NCBI GenBank assembly: GCA_964016885.1
Contig: OZ024742.1
Coordinates: 137,082,001 to 137,146,000, forward strand
Length of the DNA: 64,000 nt
Direction of reading: 5' to 3'
Source of the DNA: Eledone cirrhosa
Lineage: Eukaryota
Part shown: piece by piece, positions 25,050-39,579 of the stretch
How positions within the stretch are numbered: position 1 is the stretch's first letter
Layout of the letters: each line of letters begins with the position of its first letter
The notes under the pieces: model-generated
The model's database searches: none
Told to the model about the DNA's origin: nothing
Seen by the model: the letters and a program-made list of their open reading frames with translations, nothing else
Program-made: the position numbers and the translations under genes

Positions 25050-25883
25050 ATCCAGAACAGTTAATTAAGAAAACAGAACAGCCAGTAAGTGAATATGAAG
25101 GTAATGGAACTTTTGCTTGTTTGAGGTTGGCCATAAGTTTCATCAAAGCACACAATAGGTCACATGTTACTTACAACAGAACATGCCAAAATTATTTTTC
25201 AGCCATTCTCGCAACTCGTTTCAGGTGTCATATCTTGCTCCGTCATGCTGTAACCAGTACTTATTCATTAGAGATGAGTACATGGTTGGCTCTTTCTTGA
25301 AATATTCCAGGACCCCCACATAGCGTTCCCCTTGTGCTGTTGAGTTGACACCAATTTTATCGAAGACGAATGGGCTAAGCAACCCTGTCTTAGAAATGAC
25401 ATCGCAGATAGTACAATAGCTGAGTGGAGAATGTTCACAACCACTTCAGTGGGTTTCTCTGATCCCCTGAACACATTGTTCTTAGAGTTGATCTTCCTTT
25501 CTAAATGAAAGTGGGCTTCATCAGAAATCCACAGTAGGTTTTAAAAATGTGGGTTGTTTTCCATCTTCTCCAGCATTTTCTCAGCCATAACATTTATCTT
25601 AGTCTTAACCGCTAGAGAAAGCCTTTGTTTCGTCTGTCAACTGTATGCTGTACTTATTAAGATCTTCTTTGACGAGTCTTCTGCACGTTTCTATGGAGAC
25701 ACACAAGGATTGGCTTCTCTTTTGCATCGATCATTTTGGGTTCTGTTTAACAAACTTTCGGACCATGTCAACTTCTAGTGTATGCTTCCTGTGTAGTTCT
25801 GAAATCAAAGGTGGATCGGTTGAAAAATGAATAAACAGTGACACAAAACGAGGCATGGGGTCAGTTACTTTTGATTTACCCTG
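25050..25883 (-). mobile_element. Decayed Tc1/mariner-superfamily DDD transposon
   Basis: Minus strand LWISDEAHFHL..KINSKNN..GSEKP..LHS and YWLQHDGA; TIR-like TA|CAGGGTAAATCAAAAGTAAC at 25883. Confidence 0.75.
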
Positions 25884-26597
25884 TATAACAACATATTTAA
25901 AATTAGTATATGTCTACGTGTGCAAACAGATTGACACGCAGATTGTGCAAACATGCACACATACGTGTATTCATATAGACATATGGTTTAGATATAAAGT
26001 TACTGCTTTACAACAGCACATTGATAATCATAATGTTATTTTATCATTCTACATGTGTATGTAACTGGTAGCTTTGTCCGAACGTGTTAATAATCCACCA
26101 CACCCTCTCTCTCTCTACCCCACTTGCTTCTTTCGTTCTCACTTATCAGCTACTAGCTCAAATTATTTTCTGCAGGCATTTCTGCTCTCTACTTCACCCA
26201 CTCTGTGTCTTGTTTTTGTCTCCATGAGTGTAACTGACCAAATCTGTTTTCACGCCTTGTTTGTTTTAAAGGTCGAACATTTAGGTGTTTATTTATTTTG
26301 TTTTTGTTAAGTTCATTAATGTAAGGTTTGTTTCGATAGTTTAGTTTACTTATCATTCATTGCCTATGTTCTGCGTTTTATTATCATAGTTTTCCTCTTC
26401 CTTAAATACGCCAGGACTCTGTTAACTATATTGTAAGACACGCTGACACCAAATGTATGAGAATGGATGAAACTATTTTTATTTTAACATTCACTGAGCA
26501 AGGAGTGCTATTGTTCATTTTACCATTTTTGTATTATCTATATACCAACTCGACTCCTCATTTCAGTTGATGTGCTTCGTGTTAGTCCAGGCTGGTG

Positions 26598-26767
<170 letters not shown>

Positions 26768-27289
26768 AAATATGAAACGAAACTTATTGAATACAATGGA
26801 CACAGCTTTGCTCGTTTCCCCACCCACGCAATCATTTAATTATGTCCGTATTATTAAAATAAGAACCCAACCGATTAGAGTGTACACATGCGTTAATCAG
26901 TGAGGCAGACGATTTCGTGTGGGTAGGAAATTTGAATTACCCGGAGCGATGCTCGAGCTTCTATGATTCCGAACCTCCGGTGGTTGTCCGAAGGGAACCA
27001 CCATGTGCAGAAATTATGCAGTACATAACTTGACATCGACCAACTCGTTGTCAGCGGTTGTTTGTCTATATGGAATATAAAGTTCCGTATGGTCAGCAAG
27101 CACACCATGTTGTTGGACACATGTGATATAGTAGTATCCCTCAACTTTCAGTGGTGCATTACGTCATATCAAAGAGGAGGTAAGTCAGGCCTGACAAGTT
27201 TACAGGGAACACACGTTGGCGTTGGTTCAAATCGAAGACAGAGTAACAATCATACATGTATAATCCCACACATACACGCGAAATAAAGT

Positions 27290-27384
27290 ATCTTACTCAA
27301 GCACACAACACATCACCCGGTCCGAGAATCGAACTCACAACCTTTCGATTGCAAGCTCTAACCACTAAGCTATGCGCCTTCACC
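27290..27384 (-). mobile_element. tRNA-derived SINE head (second family)
   Basis: Minus strand GGCGCATAGCTTAGTGGTTAGAGC...GAGTTCGATTCTC: A and B boxes, continuing into TGTGTTGTGTGCTTGAGTAA. Confidence 0.65.
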
Positions 27385-27448
27385 ATTACCAAGGAATTAT
27401 GAGAGGATTTATACAGCATCATCATGCCTGAAAAGCATTATTTCGCTG

Positions 27449-27543
27449 TTGACTTTGCCTTTCATCCTTACGGGGTCGATAAAATAAAGTACCAGTAATG
27501 CACTGGGTAATTGCTGGCCTTGTGCCTAACGTAGAAACAATTA
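27449..27543 (+). mobile_element. 5'-truncated tRNA-SINE with TSD
   Basis: ATTATTTCGCTGT on both sides. Confidence 0.9.
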
Positions 27544-27823
27544 TTTCGCTGTGCTCTCCTGCGATATTGGATCATGTATGTGAATAAAAATGTTAACGAA
27601 ACAAAATCTTCAGCTCCTGTGATCGATAATTGACCATTTTACAAATTCTGACATTTGCAAACCAATCGCAAATGAGTCCCCTTTTATTTCATTATAATAC
27701 ACACCATTTGTCTATGTATAATATTGCAAATAACACACTTTATATCTGTTATCATTTTAAATTACAACATATCCTACAACAGATCGTAACGGTAACATGA
27801 ACAAAAAGAACAACAACAACACC

Positions 27824-27855
<32 letters not shown>

Positions 27856-28206
27856 CTACTACTACTACTACTACTACTACTATTACCAAATTATAACAGT
27901 AAGATGATCGTGAGTGCATGGCAGTCCCTCTTAAGGTTTCAAATTCCTAGAAATAGCAACATAAAGTTCCTATTTCTATTCACAAATAACCGACTTTAAA
28001 AATAAATATTGCACATTAGATAAATTACACATTGAGGAATCATTTGACAAAGGCTGAGTGGTTGGTCACACATACACGGAATGTCTAATACCGTATGACT
28101 ACTCAACCAAAGCTAATGTGGTTAGCAAACAAGAAATCTTTAAATGTCAGTTAATCGTTTTGTTTTCATTTTGTGTATCTTTCCTGATAGGATCCTGATT
28201 ATGTTT

Positions 28207-28395
28207 TGGATTGGCAGTATCGCTAGAGGGTCGGGCGCCATGCTTTGACGCATAGAGTTACGGCCCTTGCCATTCTGAGTTCAAATCCCGCCGAAGTTAA
28301 CTTTGCCTTTCATCCATACGGTGGTCGATAAAATAAAGTACGAGTAATGTACTGGATAATTGCTGGCCTTGTGCCAAAAGTAGAAACAATTATTA
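28207..28395 (+). mobile_element. tRNA-SINE copy
   Basis: A box, B box, body and tail match the family. Confidence 0.9.
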
Positions 28396-29129
28396 ATAGA
28401 CGGTTATAATCTTTAGGGGCCGTGATGCTTCTCTTGTGATATATAAACAAACTACAGAAAGGTGAGTTTGGAGAGGTAGGTGATTCTCTAAGCTGCATCG
28501 CGATGTAGAGGTGACAAGCTTAACATTGATGCGGATAAATCCTCATCATTGTGACCACAGTCGAGCATTCTTGGCAAAGCCTCCAAAGCTCACGATACTC
28601 AATTGTTCCTGGCAACTGCTCCCTATTGAGTTTTATATCGTCTTCAGGCGCAGCTAATCTTTACAGGAGTTGCGCCCCCTGTTCAAATTATCAACTAAAA
28701 AAAGCAAACAAACCTGGAGCCTACTGTATTCATGCATAGGCTAACTGTATTCATGCATCATTTTTGCATTTCAAGTACCAGAGTAATGTCTGCAATGTAG
28801 CAAATTATCATAGGTGGTTTACTATACGCTTTCAAGAATCTTTTCCAGTTGACATTTCATGTAAATATTTTGGAAGCGGGGGAAGGTATCGATTGAATCA
28901 GCTCCACTTCACTCTTTTTTTCTTATTTTGTACTACAGTCTCCTACTTGGGTATATCTAGCTAACGAAGGACATATTTTCAATTGTCCTATAATTTCTTA
29001 AATGTTTTCTTTAGCATTGATGTGGAAAATAGTATGATGTGTGTGAGTGTCTGTATGTAAAACTGGAAAAAAATATGTGTGTGAGGAGAATTAAAGTACC
29101 AGGTTGGTGTCTGACATGCAATAGCTCAC

Positions 29130-29209
29130 CTCATGAGATGGACGACTCTGAACAGAAAGCCTGAGGTCTGCTGCTCATCAGCCTGTGGCTGATTTGCCAC
29201 CAACCGTTT
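29130..29209 (-). other. Candidate 80-bp exon of an unidentified minus-strand transcript
   Basis: Acceptor TTTTTTCCTTCTGACAG and donor AG|GTGAGC; one open frame (KRLVANQPQADEQQTSGFLFRVVHLM); no recognisable homology. Confidence 0.25.
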
Positions 29210-29306
29210 CTGTCAGAAGGAAAAAACATGGAAGCAAGTCAACGTGTAGGTTGTTCAGAAGATTTGCTTACTAAACTTTTATCAAGATCATCCAGAGAAG
29301 CACCCG

Positions 29307-29783
<477 letters not shown>

Positions 29784-29786
<3 letters not shown>

Positions 29787-29846
29787 GTTAGAACACGAAA
29801 AGTGTGAAACAACAGAATGTTCACTTTTCGTGTTCTAACATATATG
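29784..29846. repeat. Short hairpin after (TA)n
   Basis: TGTTAGAACACGAAAAGTG ... CACTTTTCGTGTTCTAACA. Confidence 0.75.
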
Positions 29847-31213
29847 CCTAGCTTCTTTAAAAATTTTTCGGGGATAGCCGTGGTGGTGGTGATCGTATGT
29901 CATTGGCTAATTTTCAACCAATCAGAGTACCTCTCTCTATATCTCTTCCACTGTTACTTACGCCTGTTTCTCTCTATCTGTTCCGTCTCTATATATATCT
30001 CTTACTCTTTCGCTTTGCACTCCTCCCCTTCAATACCATCTCTCCCCCTCTTTATATATTTGTTACTCTATCGCTGCACGCTCCTCTCCTTCAATATATC
30101 AATTACACACGCTTTACACTCCTTTATCCCCAGCGCCCCTATATATACACCCCCCCCTCTCCCGCATCTATATTTTAATGTACCGTTGCACCGTGAATAT
30201 ATGTGTCTATATATATATACATATATATTGTATATACACATTCATGTATGTGTATACACACTCATGTATGTATATACACTGGTTTTATGTGTGTATTGTA
30301 AATTTGTACTGTTAAAACACGAAACTAACATTCGATTGACACTTTGATTACCTGTACAGGCAATAGTTATTAGAATGCTGTTGAAGTGTGTATATATTTT
30401 TGGGGGACATCCTGTATATACACACATTATATATAATACAATAAACAGATAAATACACACATATATATATGAGCTTATTTAATTATAAATATTGTGAATG
30501 TTTAACTCAGTTCAATTATATATATAAATGGCTTCTACAGGACTAGAACTGTTTCATTCGAAAGAAATCATCATAATATTGAGAGGGGGGAGTAGATAAA
30601 ATATTTCAAATCAAATGTGTATAAGTTATAAGTTAAAATGTATAAATAGAGACGACAGTGGAGGTATATCTGTTTAGTGGAACAGTAGACGATAGAATTA
30701 AATACAGACGATAATCTCCCTTTAATGAAACAGCAGACGATAGAATTAAGGCAATTTAAATTTTAAGCATTTGCATTTTTGCCTTTCATCGTTACGGGGT
30801 CGATAAAATAAAGTACCAGTAATACACTGTCACTAGACGACTTTCAAATTGAATTGTTGGTTCCATTTCTTTAGTATTTTCAATTGTAGTTATCTACTTA
30901 AAAAGCGTTACACGGTTAGAGACATAATTCGTAAGTTATATCTTCCCTATTAAACCATTGCATTATTTCGCCTACAATAGAATAAAAATGAAATGTTCTT
31001 TAAAGAAACAGGAATATAACTTTATAAAAAAATAAGTTGCATCCGCTTCTTTTATCATTGATAATTTTTTCGTTTTAATATTAATTGTTTTGTGTAGTTG
31101 TTTATATTAAAAATCTTACTGTAATATTTACTTAAACGAAGGCAAACATCTAAACTTATAGATTAATCTTGAGCGAAGGACTAGATAAATCTCTCTCTCT
31201 CTCTCTCTCCCTA

Positions 31214-31270
<57 letters not shown>

Positions 31271-31659
31271 GAAGAATGATAAAATTTCAAGCAAAGAGTT
31301 TAATTAGGTATATTTTGTAATATTATTAACTAATTATTATAATTAACGCGCATATTTTGCTATCCTCAAACACGTTTACACATGGCATGAAATATAACTA
31401 ATCCGAGATGGCTAGGTTTCATCTTCTAACTGGATATACGAAATCCATTATGTCTTGACAACAACATGAGGTAACATTATGTTATTCACAGACACACTTT
31501 GTACACTGTTCCATATCAGAATGTATTTCCTTCGTCACATTCACAAACAGTATTGAAAATATGTTCTTCGGCAAATAAAAATGTTTTGTTCATAATATTT
31601 CAACTAGCGATTGCTCTACTCCACGCACGACCACCATAAATTAATGACCAGCTCAACAC

Positions 31660-31833
31660 AAGTATTGGTAGAGCGTCAGACACCATGCTTTGCAGTATTG
31701 TTATGGTCCTTTGCATTCTAAGTTCAAATCCTGCCGAGGTTAACTTCGACTTTCATACTTACTAATTCGATAAAATAAAGTACCAGTAATGGACTGCCGT
31801 AATGGATTTGTGCCGAAAAATAGAAACACTATT
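31660..31833 (+). mobile_element. Diverged tRNA-SINE copy
   Basis: AGTTCAAATCC B box, body and tail. Confidence 0.8.
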
Positions 31834-32384
31834 AATGTGCAATAAGAGCAAAATATAACGACATTGCTCAATTATTTTATCTAATGTTGTAATAACACAA
31901 GGAAATGTTGTTTGTGTATTTTTTTTTATATTTGCTCATAGGCTTTTACAATTTCGCTCAGCCAACAACTATTAAAAAGTGAGTTGCTTAAGATAACAAT
32001 TTAATCACAAATTGTTGCTATCTTTTAATACACTCCAACAAGTCATCAAATTATGTACAATAAAAACAAATCTTATTAATTTGCTCAGGGAATATAAAGA
32101 AAATGTATATACACTGATAATTGCAATTGTATGTAAATATTTTGTTTTTGTATTGTATATTTTATGTTTTCTATTATGTATAATATATTGATTTAATATT
32201 GATTGTTTTTTGTAGTTGTTTATATTAAAAGTCTGAAAATATTTTTATACATCTTACACTAATATTTATAAGATAATTTATAATAACAATTACATAATCT
32301 AATTACATTACAACGATAATTTATTATTAATATATATCCTGTTTAACTAAAGTTTTTACAAGCGTTGCCTTAAAAAAATATTAA

Positions 32385-33339
32385 ACTAGACATGAAAAAT
32401 GCGCAAGCTCAAAAGTGCCACAGAATGTTATAATAAACCTTCAAAAGTGTGGGACTAGAGTTGTTGCTAAAAAATATTGTAATCATTATATATCGTACAT
32501 TCTGTGGCATCCTTTATAAAAATAGCTTAAACCAACGAAGCCTTTATTTTTACGCTATTTCACTTAGTTAATTCTTAGAGTGTAACATATAAAAATAAAT
32601 ACATCTATGTTTAATGTAATAACAGCTATAAATAATTACGTAATATTATTATCATATACTCATAGTAACAAAATAATTGTGTTGAAACTTAATATGATGC
32701 TTATATGAACGATCAAATCTATAATGATAATTTCTTAAATATACTAATAGTAAAATAATTTAGTTATCTATTGTTACATTTTCATAGAACTATAATATTA
32801 ACAATCGTATTGCATTATCAAATTTTTATCACTACAAACTTTCATATTGGAATTACCTTAAGCCACTTATTATTACTTCGCTTTCGTACTTTTACAGCTG
32901 TAGATATTGCGCTGTATCTTATATCTAATATCAATATCTCGTGGTAATTTGCATGAAGTGTAAAATAGGTTTATTAATAACTTTAATATGAAATGTATTA
33001 TACAGGGCTGCGGAGTCGGCCAAAAATTGACTGGCTCCAACTCAGGATCCGATACTCCATTATTTCCTAAATTTCAGCTCCGCAGCTCTGTTATTATATT
33101 AATTAATTTATTTTATAGTTGTAAATCATATTTTTATATGTTACACTCTAAGAATTAACTAAGTGAAATAGCGTAAAAATAAAGGCTTCGTTGGTTTAAG
33201 CTATTTTTATAAAGGATGCCACAGAATGTACGATATATAATGATTACAATATTTTTTAGCAACAACTCTAGTCCCACACTTTTGAAGGTTTACTATAACA
33301 TTCTGTGGCACTTTTGAGCTTGCGCATTTTTCATGTCTA

Positions 33340-33341
<2 letters not shown>
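32385..33341. repeat. Long inverted repeat (~213-bp near-identical arms, ~530-bp spacer)
   Basis: 32385-32597 is the reverse complement of 33129-33341; right end abuts (TA)n. Confidence 0.85.
33003..33090. mobile_element. hAT-type MITE remnant
   Basis: TIRs CAGGGCTGCGGAG / CTCCGCAGCTCTG; 8-bp flanks GTATTATA and TTATTATA (7/8 TSD match). Confidence 0.7.
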
Positions 33342-33380
<39 letters not shown>

Positions 33381-33382
<2 letters not shown>

Positions 33383-33772
33383 AAAGTTCTATTTAAAGTT
33401 GTTGGGATACAACAAGTAAATATTTTTATAACTGATATAAAGCACTCGACAAGTTTTTGGAGTAGATATACGATATTAATAAATAGAAACTATATTTATA
33501 AAACCATATTTATTTCATTATACATATTTCAGGGATACCACATTAAATTATGGTATGCCTTCATCAGACAAAATACAATATATAACAGATATCCAGCCAG
33601 CCTCCAAAAGTAATGGCTGCATTTTAAAAGGGTACGTCAAAGCTATTTGTAAAACTGTTATATATTTGTATTTTGTCTGATGAAGGCATACCATAATTTA
33701 ATGTGGTATCCCTGAAATATGTATAATGAAATAAATATGGTTTTATAAATATAGTTTACATTTATTAATATC

Positions 33773-33777
<5 letters not shown>
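33381..33777 (-). mobile_element. Family C fold-back insert with two complete HHR motifs
   Basis: Arms ~33468-33587/33656-33777; HHR at 33511-33575 (-) and 33669-33733 (+); (TA)n on both sides. Confidence 0.75.
33669..33733 (+). ncRNA. Type I hammerhead ribozyme motif
   Basis: TATTTTGT-CTGATGA-AGGCATACCA..TGGTATCCCT-GAAA-TATGTA-TA-ATGAAATA; predicted cleavage after 33725. Confidence 0.75.
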
Positions 33778-33840
<63 letters not shown>

Positions 33841-34769
33841 ATGTTGGAATACAACCATCATAATTTGATGAATGTGCTGCTGACCTTAATAGGTGAGTGA
33901 GAGTCTATCAAAATGACATCAGATGCCATGGCAACACAACGATTGAGTACTTAGGTGATCAAAGGCAATATGAAAGGAATACAATTTCTGTTCAAAGATG
34001 TGTGTGTAAGGGATGCGGTCTGGTTTACCAGGGCAGATTTTGTGTCTCACAAGTGACACAAACTCTAAAATGTGAGGTAAAGGAGAAGTTAAATATGTTG
34101 GCCTCCATGTAAAGGAAAAGTTAAATATGTTGGCCTCCCTGTGTCGAGAGAGTTCATCACATATATATGAATATTCTCTATAAATATATGTCACATATAT
34201 ATAATTAAAATTAAAAAAATTTGTGTATATAGGCATATATAGTTAGAGTAACATAGTATTCCGTACATATATATAAACAAATAGATACTATTTTGGAAAC
34301 AACATATGTTTTAAGGTGAAAAAACTAAAATTCCTGACGATGCCATTTCATAGTTCTGAGAACTGGATTAAAAATCGATCTAAGTAATCGATTATCTATT
34401 ACCAAATATCAATTTTGGTACAGCTCCGGCATATGTGGAACCAATCGCCAAGGAAATTGTCTCGTTATAAGATCCAATAAAATACAACATATATTTATAT
34501 CTGCTACGTTCAGTGAAATAGTCAATCTAGACCAGGTGGGCTGAATTTATATTTAACAGTGACGGCAAATATAAATTATTGAAACTCTGGACAAATGTCC
34601 ATTGCCCTTTTTCACTGAGAAACATATTCATTATACATATTGTATATATCATGATATTTTAAATGAGTATATATATATTACAACCTCACATTTTCGTTAT
34701 TCTCTCTCCCCCTCCCCCTCTCTCTTTCTCTCTCTCTCTCTCCATATATATATATATACAGTATATGTA

Positions 34770-34846
<77 letters not shown>

Positions 34847-35012
34847 ATAATTATACTTATATATAGAAATAGAAATAAGATAAGGGCAATAGTGTATATT
34901 ACCCGATTACCAGTAAGATAATTAGCTCAATGTAAAATATCAAACTATCAGATATACTACATAGTAAAAATACAACATAGATAACAATCAAATTTTGTTT
35001 AAAGCATTTAAT

Positions 35013-35059
35013 TGCTTACGATCGTTTCTTGCAGATATAGGACTGTTATCATCGGAGCA
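35013..35059 (-). ncRNA. Degenerate Type I hammerhead motif (U4C) within a fold-back insert
   Basis: Minus strand TGCT-CCGATGA-TAACAG..CTGCAA-GAAA-CGATCG-TA-AGCA-ATTAAA; inverted partial copy at ~35197-35253. Confidence 0.6.
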
Positions 35060-35257
35060 TATCAAATATTAAAATAATTAAATTCTTAATGATTAGAACC
35101 ATCAACATAATACATTATATGTTAGGAAACGAATTATAATTCTTAGTGTAGTTGCAATATATTAGAGAGTAAGAGGAGATTTCTTCTCTGGAAATGTCTG
35201 GAAGAAACGATCGAAAGCAATTAATTTCCTTAAACAAAATTTGATAGTTATCTATTT

Positions 35258-35309
<52 letters not shown>

Positions 35310-36556
35310 GGTGTGTGAGTGTGTGTATGTATGAATGTATGTATGCATATTCACGTATTCACGCACACATACACATATATATATGTAGAAACTGTATTCT
35401 TTTAAACGTTATTGCCTAGATACTTTAAAAAAATTGCTCGCAACTTGCCTATCATCATAGAGACTGTTTCTATTTTCAGTTCACACATTCGGATTATCTT
35501 TATGTTCAGATCTTCATGGATTTTAAAGACATTATTGTCTGCTAGGATTTATAAAACTATAAGAAGACATTTTCATTCATAGTTTTCATTTTCAGCAGTA
35601 TCTATATCATTAGACGTGATCGCCTTGTCTGTGAATATTGCAATATCTCACAGTAGGGTTGCTTTGTTACACTTCACGATCTTTCCATGCATGTCTACAT
35701 AACAACGCTTCTCTGTTGGTATTTCATAATGCTTTCTTATTTAACAGTGTATGAATGTTGCTGTTGTATCACGCCTATAAACATATTCTCTCTTAAATAA
35801 AACTAGTCTTGGCCAAAGTCATTGGGTTCAGTTGTGCATTAATACCGAATATTTCGATTATACACAATACATTCTGCATCAACATAGGCTTTTTTGGTGG
35901 ATTTTGTTTGCGCAAATACATTTAGTTCGGAAACATTTTTATATTCCTATTATTATTTATTTCTATTTCCGTTATTCCTGTTCAATAGGTGTTCTCTGAT
36001 TAGATGTTGTTCTGTTATGTTGTTGACGTTAGTTTGCCAGCGTTAGATCTATCGCCTTTGTTTGTATATTGAATGGTCTATTTTCGTTGTTTTATTTCAT
36101 TATGTGTTTTTCGATGTATTTCATTTCTAATCTCTATATACGATATCATTTTGAGACTCAAGAGTATCTTCTTAAAATAGCAAATCAGTTGGGGTATATG
36201 TTACTTTTAAATAAGTCTATTTTCTCTCAGCATACAGTACACTTTTATGATGGAAATTAATTCCGTCCTTAGTGTTTTTCTTCCCGCATCTTCAAACTCC
36301 TATTCAGGTCACCTGTGTTCTTCTCTCACTCCAGTGTCCCAATCAATCCCCGATGTTCTTTGAATATTATTATCATTGTATTATCTTTCAGTAGTCTTAT
36401 TGTTACATGTACGTTTATTGTGCACCCAAGCACAGTTTTCTTAGCAATTTGTGAAAGTAGTGTTTTCTAAGCTGTTGTGCTTTATCTTGTATTGAATGTA
36501 TTTCTAATTTTATGTGCACAATACCTTCTAGCGCTGATTTCTACATATAATTTCTA

Positions 36557-36608
36557 TTGTTGTTGTTGTTGTTGTTGTTGCTGTTGCTGCTGCTGCTGCT
36601 GCTGCTGC

Positions 36609-36648
<40 letters not shown>

Positions 36649-36719
36649 CTTCTTCTTCTTCTTCTTCTTCTTCTTCTTCTTCTTCTTCTTCTTCTTCTTC
36701 TTCTTCTTCTTCTTCTTCT
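36557..36719. repeat. Compound (TTG)n(CTG)n(TTG)n(TTC)n microsatellite
   Basis: Direct reading; source of the polyQ/E/L/C pseudo-ORFs. Confidence 0.95.
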
Positions 36720-36839
36720 ATATTTACCAAATAAATCCTCATTTATTGGAGTATTCAATAATAGGAACATTCAGAACAATATCAACGATAAAATAGTGAG
36801 AAAGCTGCTATGCAATAACAGCCACATACCTTGCTGCCA

Positions 36840-38460
36840 TCTAAAAACTCGGTCGTGGAGGCAGAGACGTCAAACAGGTCTTCCAAAGTCATATCACTAG
36901 TAACCATTTCTCAATGATTCGGCTGAATCCACCAGCAAGAAAATATTATCTATGAATGTTATCCAACCATCTTCCTCATGCTCTGCCTCTGAGTCTCATG
37001 TTCGCTAGTCTTGCACATAAAATCTGTTCAGTCGTTCTTTCCAGGAGAAATTCTAACCACTTATTCTGTTTTCAGAAGTACGCACCCTAACGAGTAACAT
37101 TACAACGAAAATCTTTCAAAGGAACCCTATTTCAGCCGCTTGTATTCGAGATCGTATTCGTCTGGTCATTTACCTAGATTCGTGAACATAGGTAAGAGTA
37201 GACAGGAAGACTGAAATAAGGATAGGGAGTATAGCTTCTACACATACTTGCCATCTTCTTTATGACCGAATGCTGACTCTGGCTCATTTTGACATATAAT
37301 TCATCTTCCTGTCCTGCATCACACGTGAAACCGACCCCACTATACTTGTAAGACCTCCTTGCCGTACAGCAGTAAGCAACAGCACTCCCCAATGCATGAC
37401 GGGATCATCTTCCGACGAGTTAAGTACCACCATTTCGTATACAAATATCGGCCAACTGATCCTATGCTCACCGATTTTGATAGCACTGCCAACCAGACTA
37501 AGCATATCAATCATGTTCATGAAAATTATGAAAAGAAAATGTGATAATACACAACCTTGGCGGCGTCCGTCACTCACATTGAATGTTCCCTACGGTAATT
37601 TAGGGATGCTAAGACAATAATAAGTTTTCCACCGATCAAATACTGCTGTAGAATCTTCCACACAGCTACCCTGGAATGCTCTCCTATGTCATTTCTTGGT
37701 CGACGCAACAAGCATATATTGGCAATACTCCCTCACAGTAGATCGAAGTCCTACCACAACTTGAATATTTGGTCGACTGTAACACACCCGGGGCGAAAAC
37801 CACCTGGTTCGTCAGCTAGCTTGGACTCGGCAATATGCCTAGCACTCTTTTCCAGAGTTAAAATAAGCTTTACGGAGGAAACTTAACAATGAAAGACCTC
37901 TATAATCGGAGCAATCTCACTTTGCTGCCATTCGAGTGATACGTGCCACCCGGCACACACGAGGCGGCAAGAAACTACTTTCACTATTTGAGGCTTCAAG
38001 TCGGATTCTATCTTAACCCCCAAGTACTTCCATGCCTAAGCTGTGGACGCTTTTACTACCACTGCTGCAACTTTTCGTTCACTGCGAGTGCAAGAAGGAA
38101 GATTTATTTTCAAGCAAATGTTTGTAATCTCCTTCTTTGCTTGAATGACAACTTTAGTCTGCTTATTGAACCAACGTTTTCTACTGTCACTTAGCGCTGC
38201 AGTGAAACACTTTCGGCTGCAGCATTTAACAACTGAAAGAAAATTACTGAGCTGAACATTCTTCTCTCCATTTCAAACTCCCCAGTTTGTTCAGGCAGTT
38301 CTCTGAATGTGGATGCAGTAGTATCCTGATCCTGACTTCTTCATCAATCATTGCCTTAGACTTTTTCCTGTATATCGAGCTTGACGTGCAAGTTTCATTT
38401 GATTTCTAGACTTTTAGTATGATCAGATTGCAGATAACTAGATGGTGATCAATGGATAAC
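36840..38460 (-). mobile_element. Decayed RTE-clade LINE (end of APE through RT)
   Basis: Minus strand DHHLVICNL (~38424-38451), DEPGGFRPGCVTVDQIF, GRRQGCVLSHFLFIIFM..IKIGEHRI, GRWLDNI. Confidence 0.75.
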
Positions 38461-38534
38461 TCATCCCCTTCTTATCCCGAGCACCCAGCACAGAATGGAG
38501 GAGACGAGAGAAAATAAGAAAAATCAATTAGTGA

Positions 38535-39116
38535 CTTCTGTTTCGATTCTATGATGACCATATGTTGAGACCATTGACCACCTCGTTTCAAGCTGCAAGT
38601 TATTAGCTCCCCAGAAGTATAAAATCTGGCATGATAGATGCGGGAATAGTTACACTTGGTATTGTCTATTTTTTATGGTCTGAAAACGGAGGGAAAATAG
38701 TACAACCATCACCACGATGCAGAAACAGGAAGCGAGAATGAGTTAATCCTCTGGGATTTCCCTGTGAATACTTACAGAAAAATCAAGATCAACAAACCTG
38801 ATATAATTGTGAAGGACCATAGAGAGAAAAGATGTTTCTTACTGGGCATGAACATTCCATCAGATCGTAACATCTCCTCGAAAGAGTTCGGAAAGTCCAT
38901 TAAGTATAAAGATCTATCAATTAAAATTAAGAAATTGTTGTATCTTACAATTATTGTAATTGTACAACACCAGTGAGAGTCGGTGCACTTGGTATCATAA
39001 AAAAGGGCACTGAATAATATTTGGATCGGATACCTGGAAAGCCATCTCTGCAAGAGATACAGAAAATAGTACTGACTGACACTGTCTATGTCCTGAAAAA
39101 GGCATTGTCCCTTTAA
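38535..39116 (+). mobile_element. C-terminal fragment of an R4/Dong-type LINE (zinc finger + restriction-like endonuclease)
   Basis: ETIDHLVSSCKLLAPQKYKIWHD, ILWDFPVNT..KPDIIV..KYKDL, VGALG, LQEIQKIVL..LKKAL*. Confidence 0.8.
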
Positions 39117-39579
39117 AAGCCTTGCCACTAACGTCATTTCTAAGACCATCTCAATATACCCCAATACAGGTATAATATCTATACCACTAGACATTATGTT
39201 TCTCAGTCGTATAGGGATTATTTCACCTTCCTCTTCACATTCTTTTTACCTCCCTAACTCTAGATATTGATGTAATTATCAGCACCCTGCAACTCCATTA
39301 ACGGCTGAGTTCTCCGAGGTAGGGGGGTAAGCATTAACTTGAATTAGTGGATAATAGAATTAATAGATAATCGGACTATTCGTCTTAATTGCAAACAATT
39401 GCGGTCTTGTTTCAAATATGATTATGGTACGTATTTATTATTGTCCCTCAAATTTTGAACACAAATCGATTCAAATTGAAACGTGTCAACGTCCACAATC
39501 TATTCATTATAACATAACCGATTTTGGCAGTGTGGAAATTAAATAAGATTTTTATCATATATCTCCCCAAATCAATGGG

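Noticed and set aside
25510-25530. CTGATGA on the minus strand
   Set aside because: Part of the transposase SDE codons; no GAAA or stems
36477-36796. PolyQ/E/C/L ORFs
   Set aside because: Compound trinucleotide microsatellite open in several frames on both strands; no exon context
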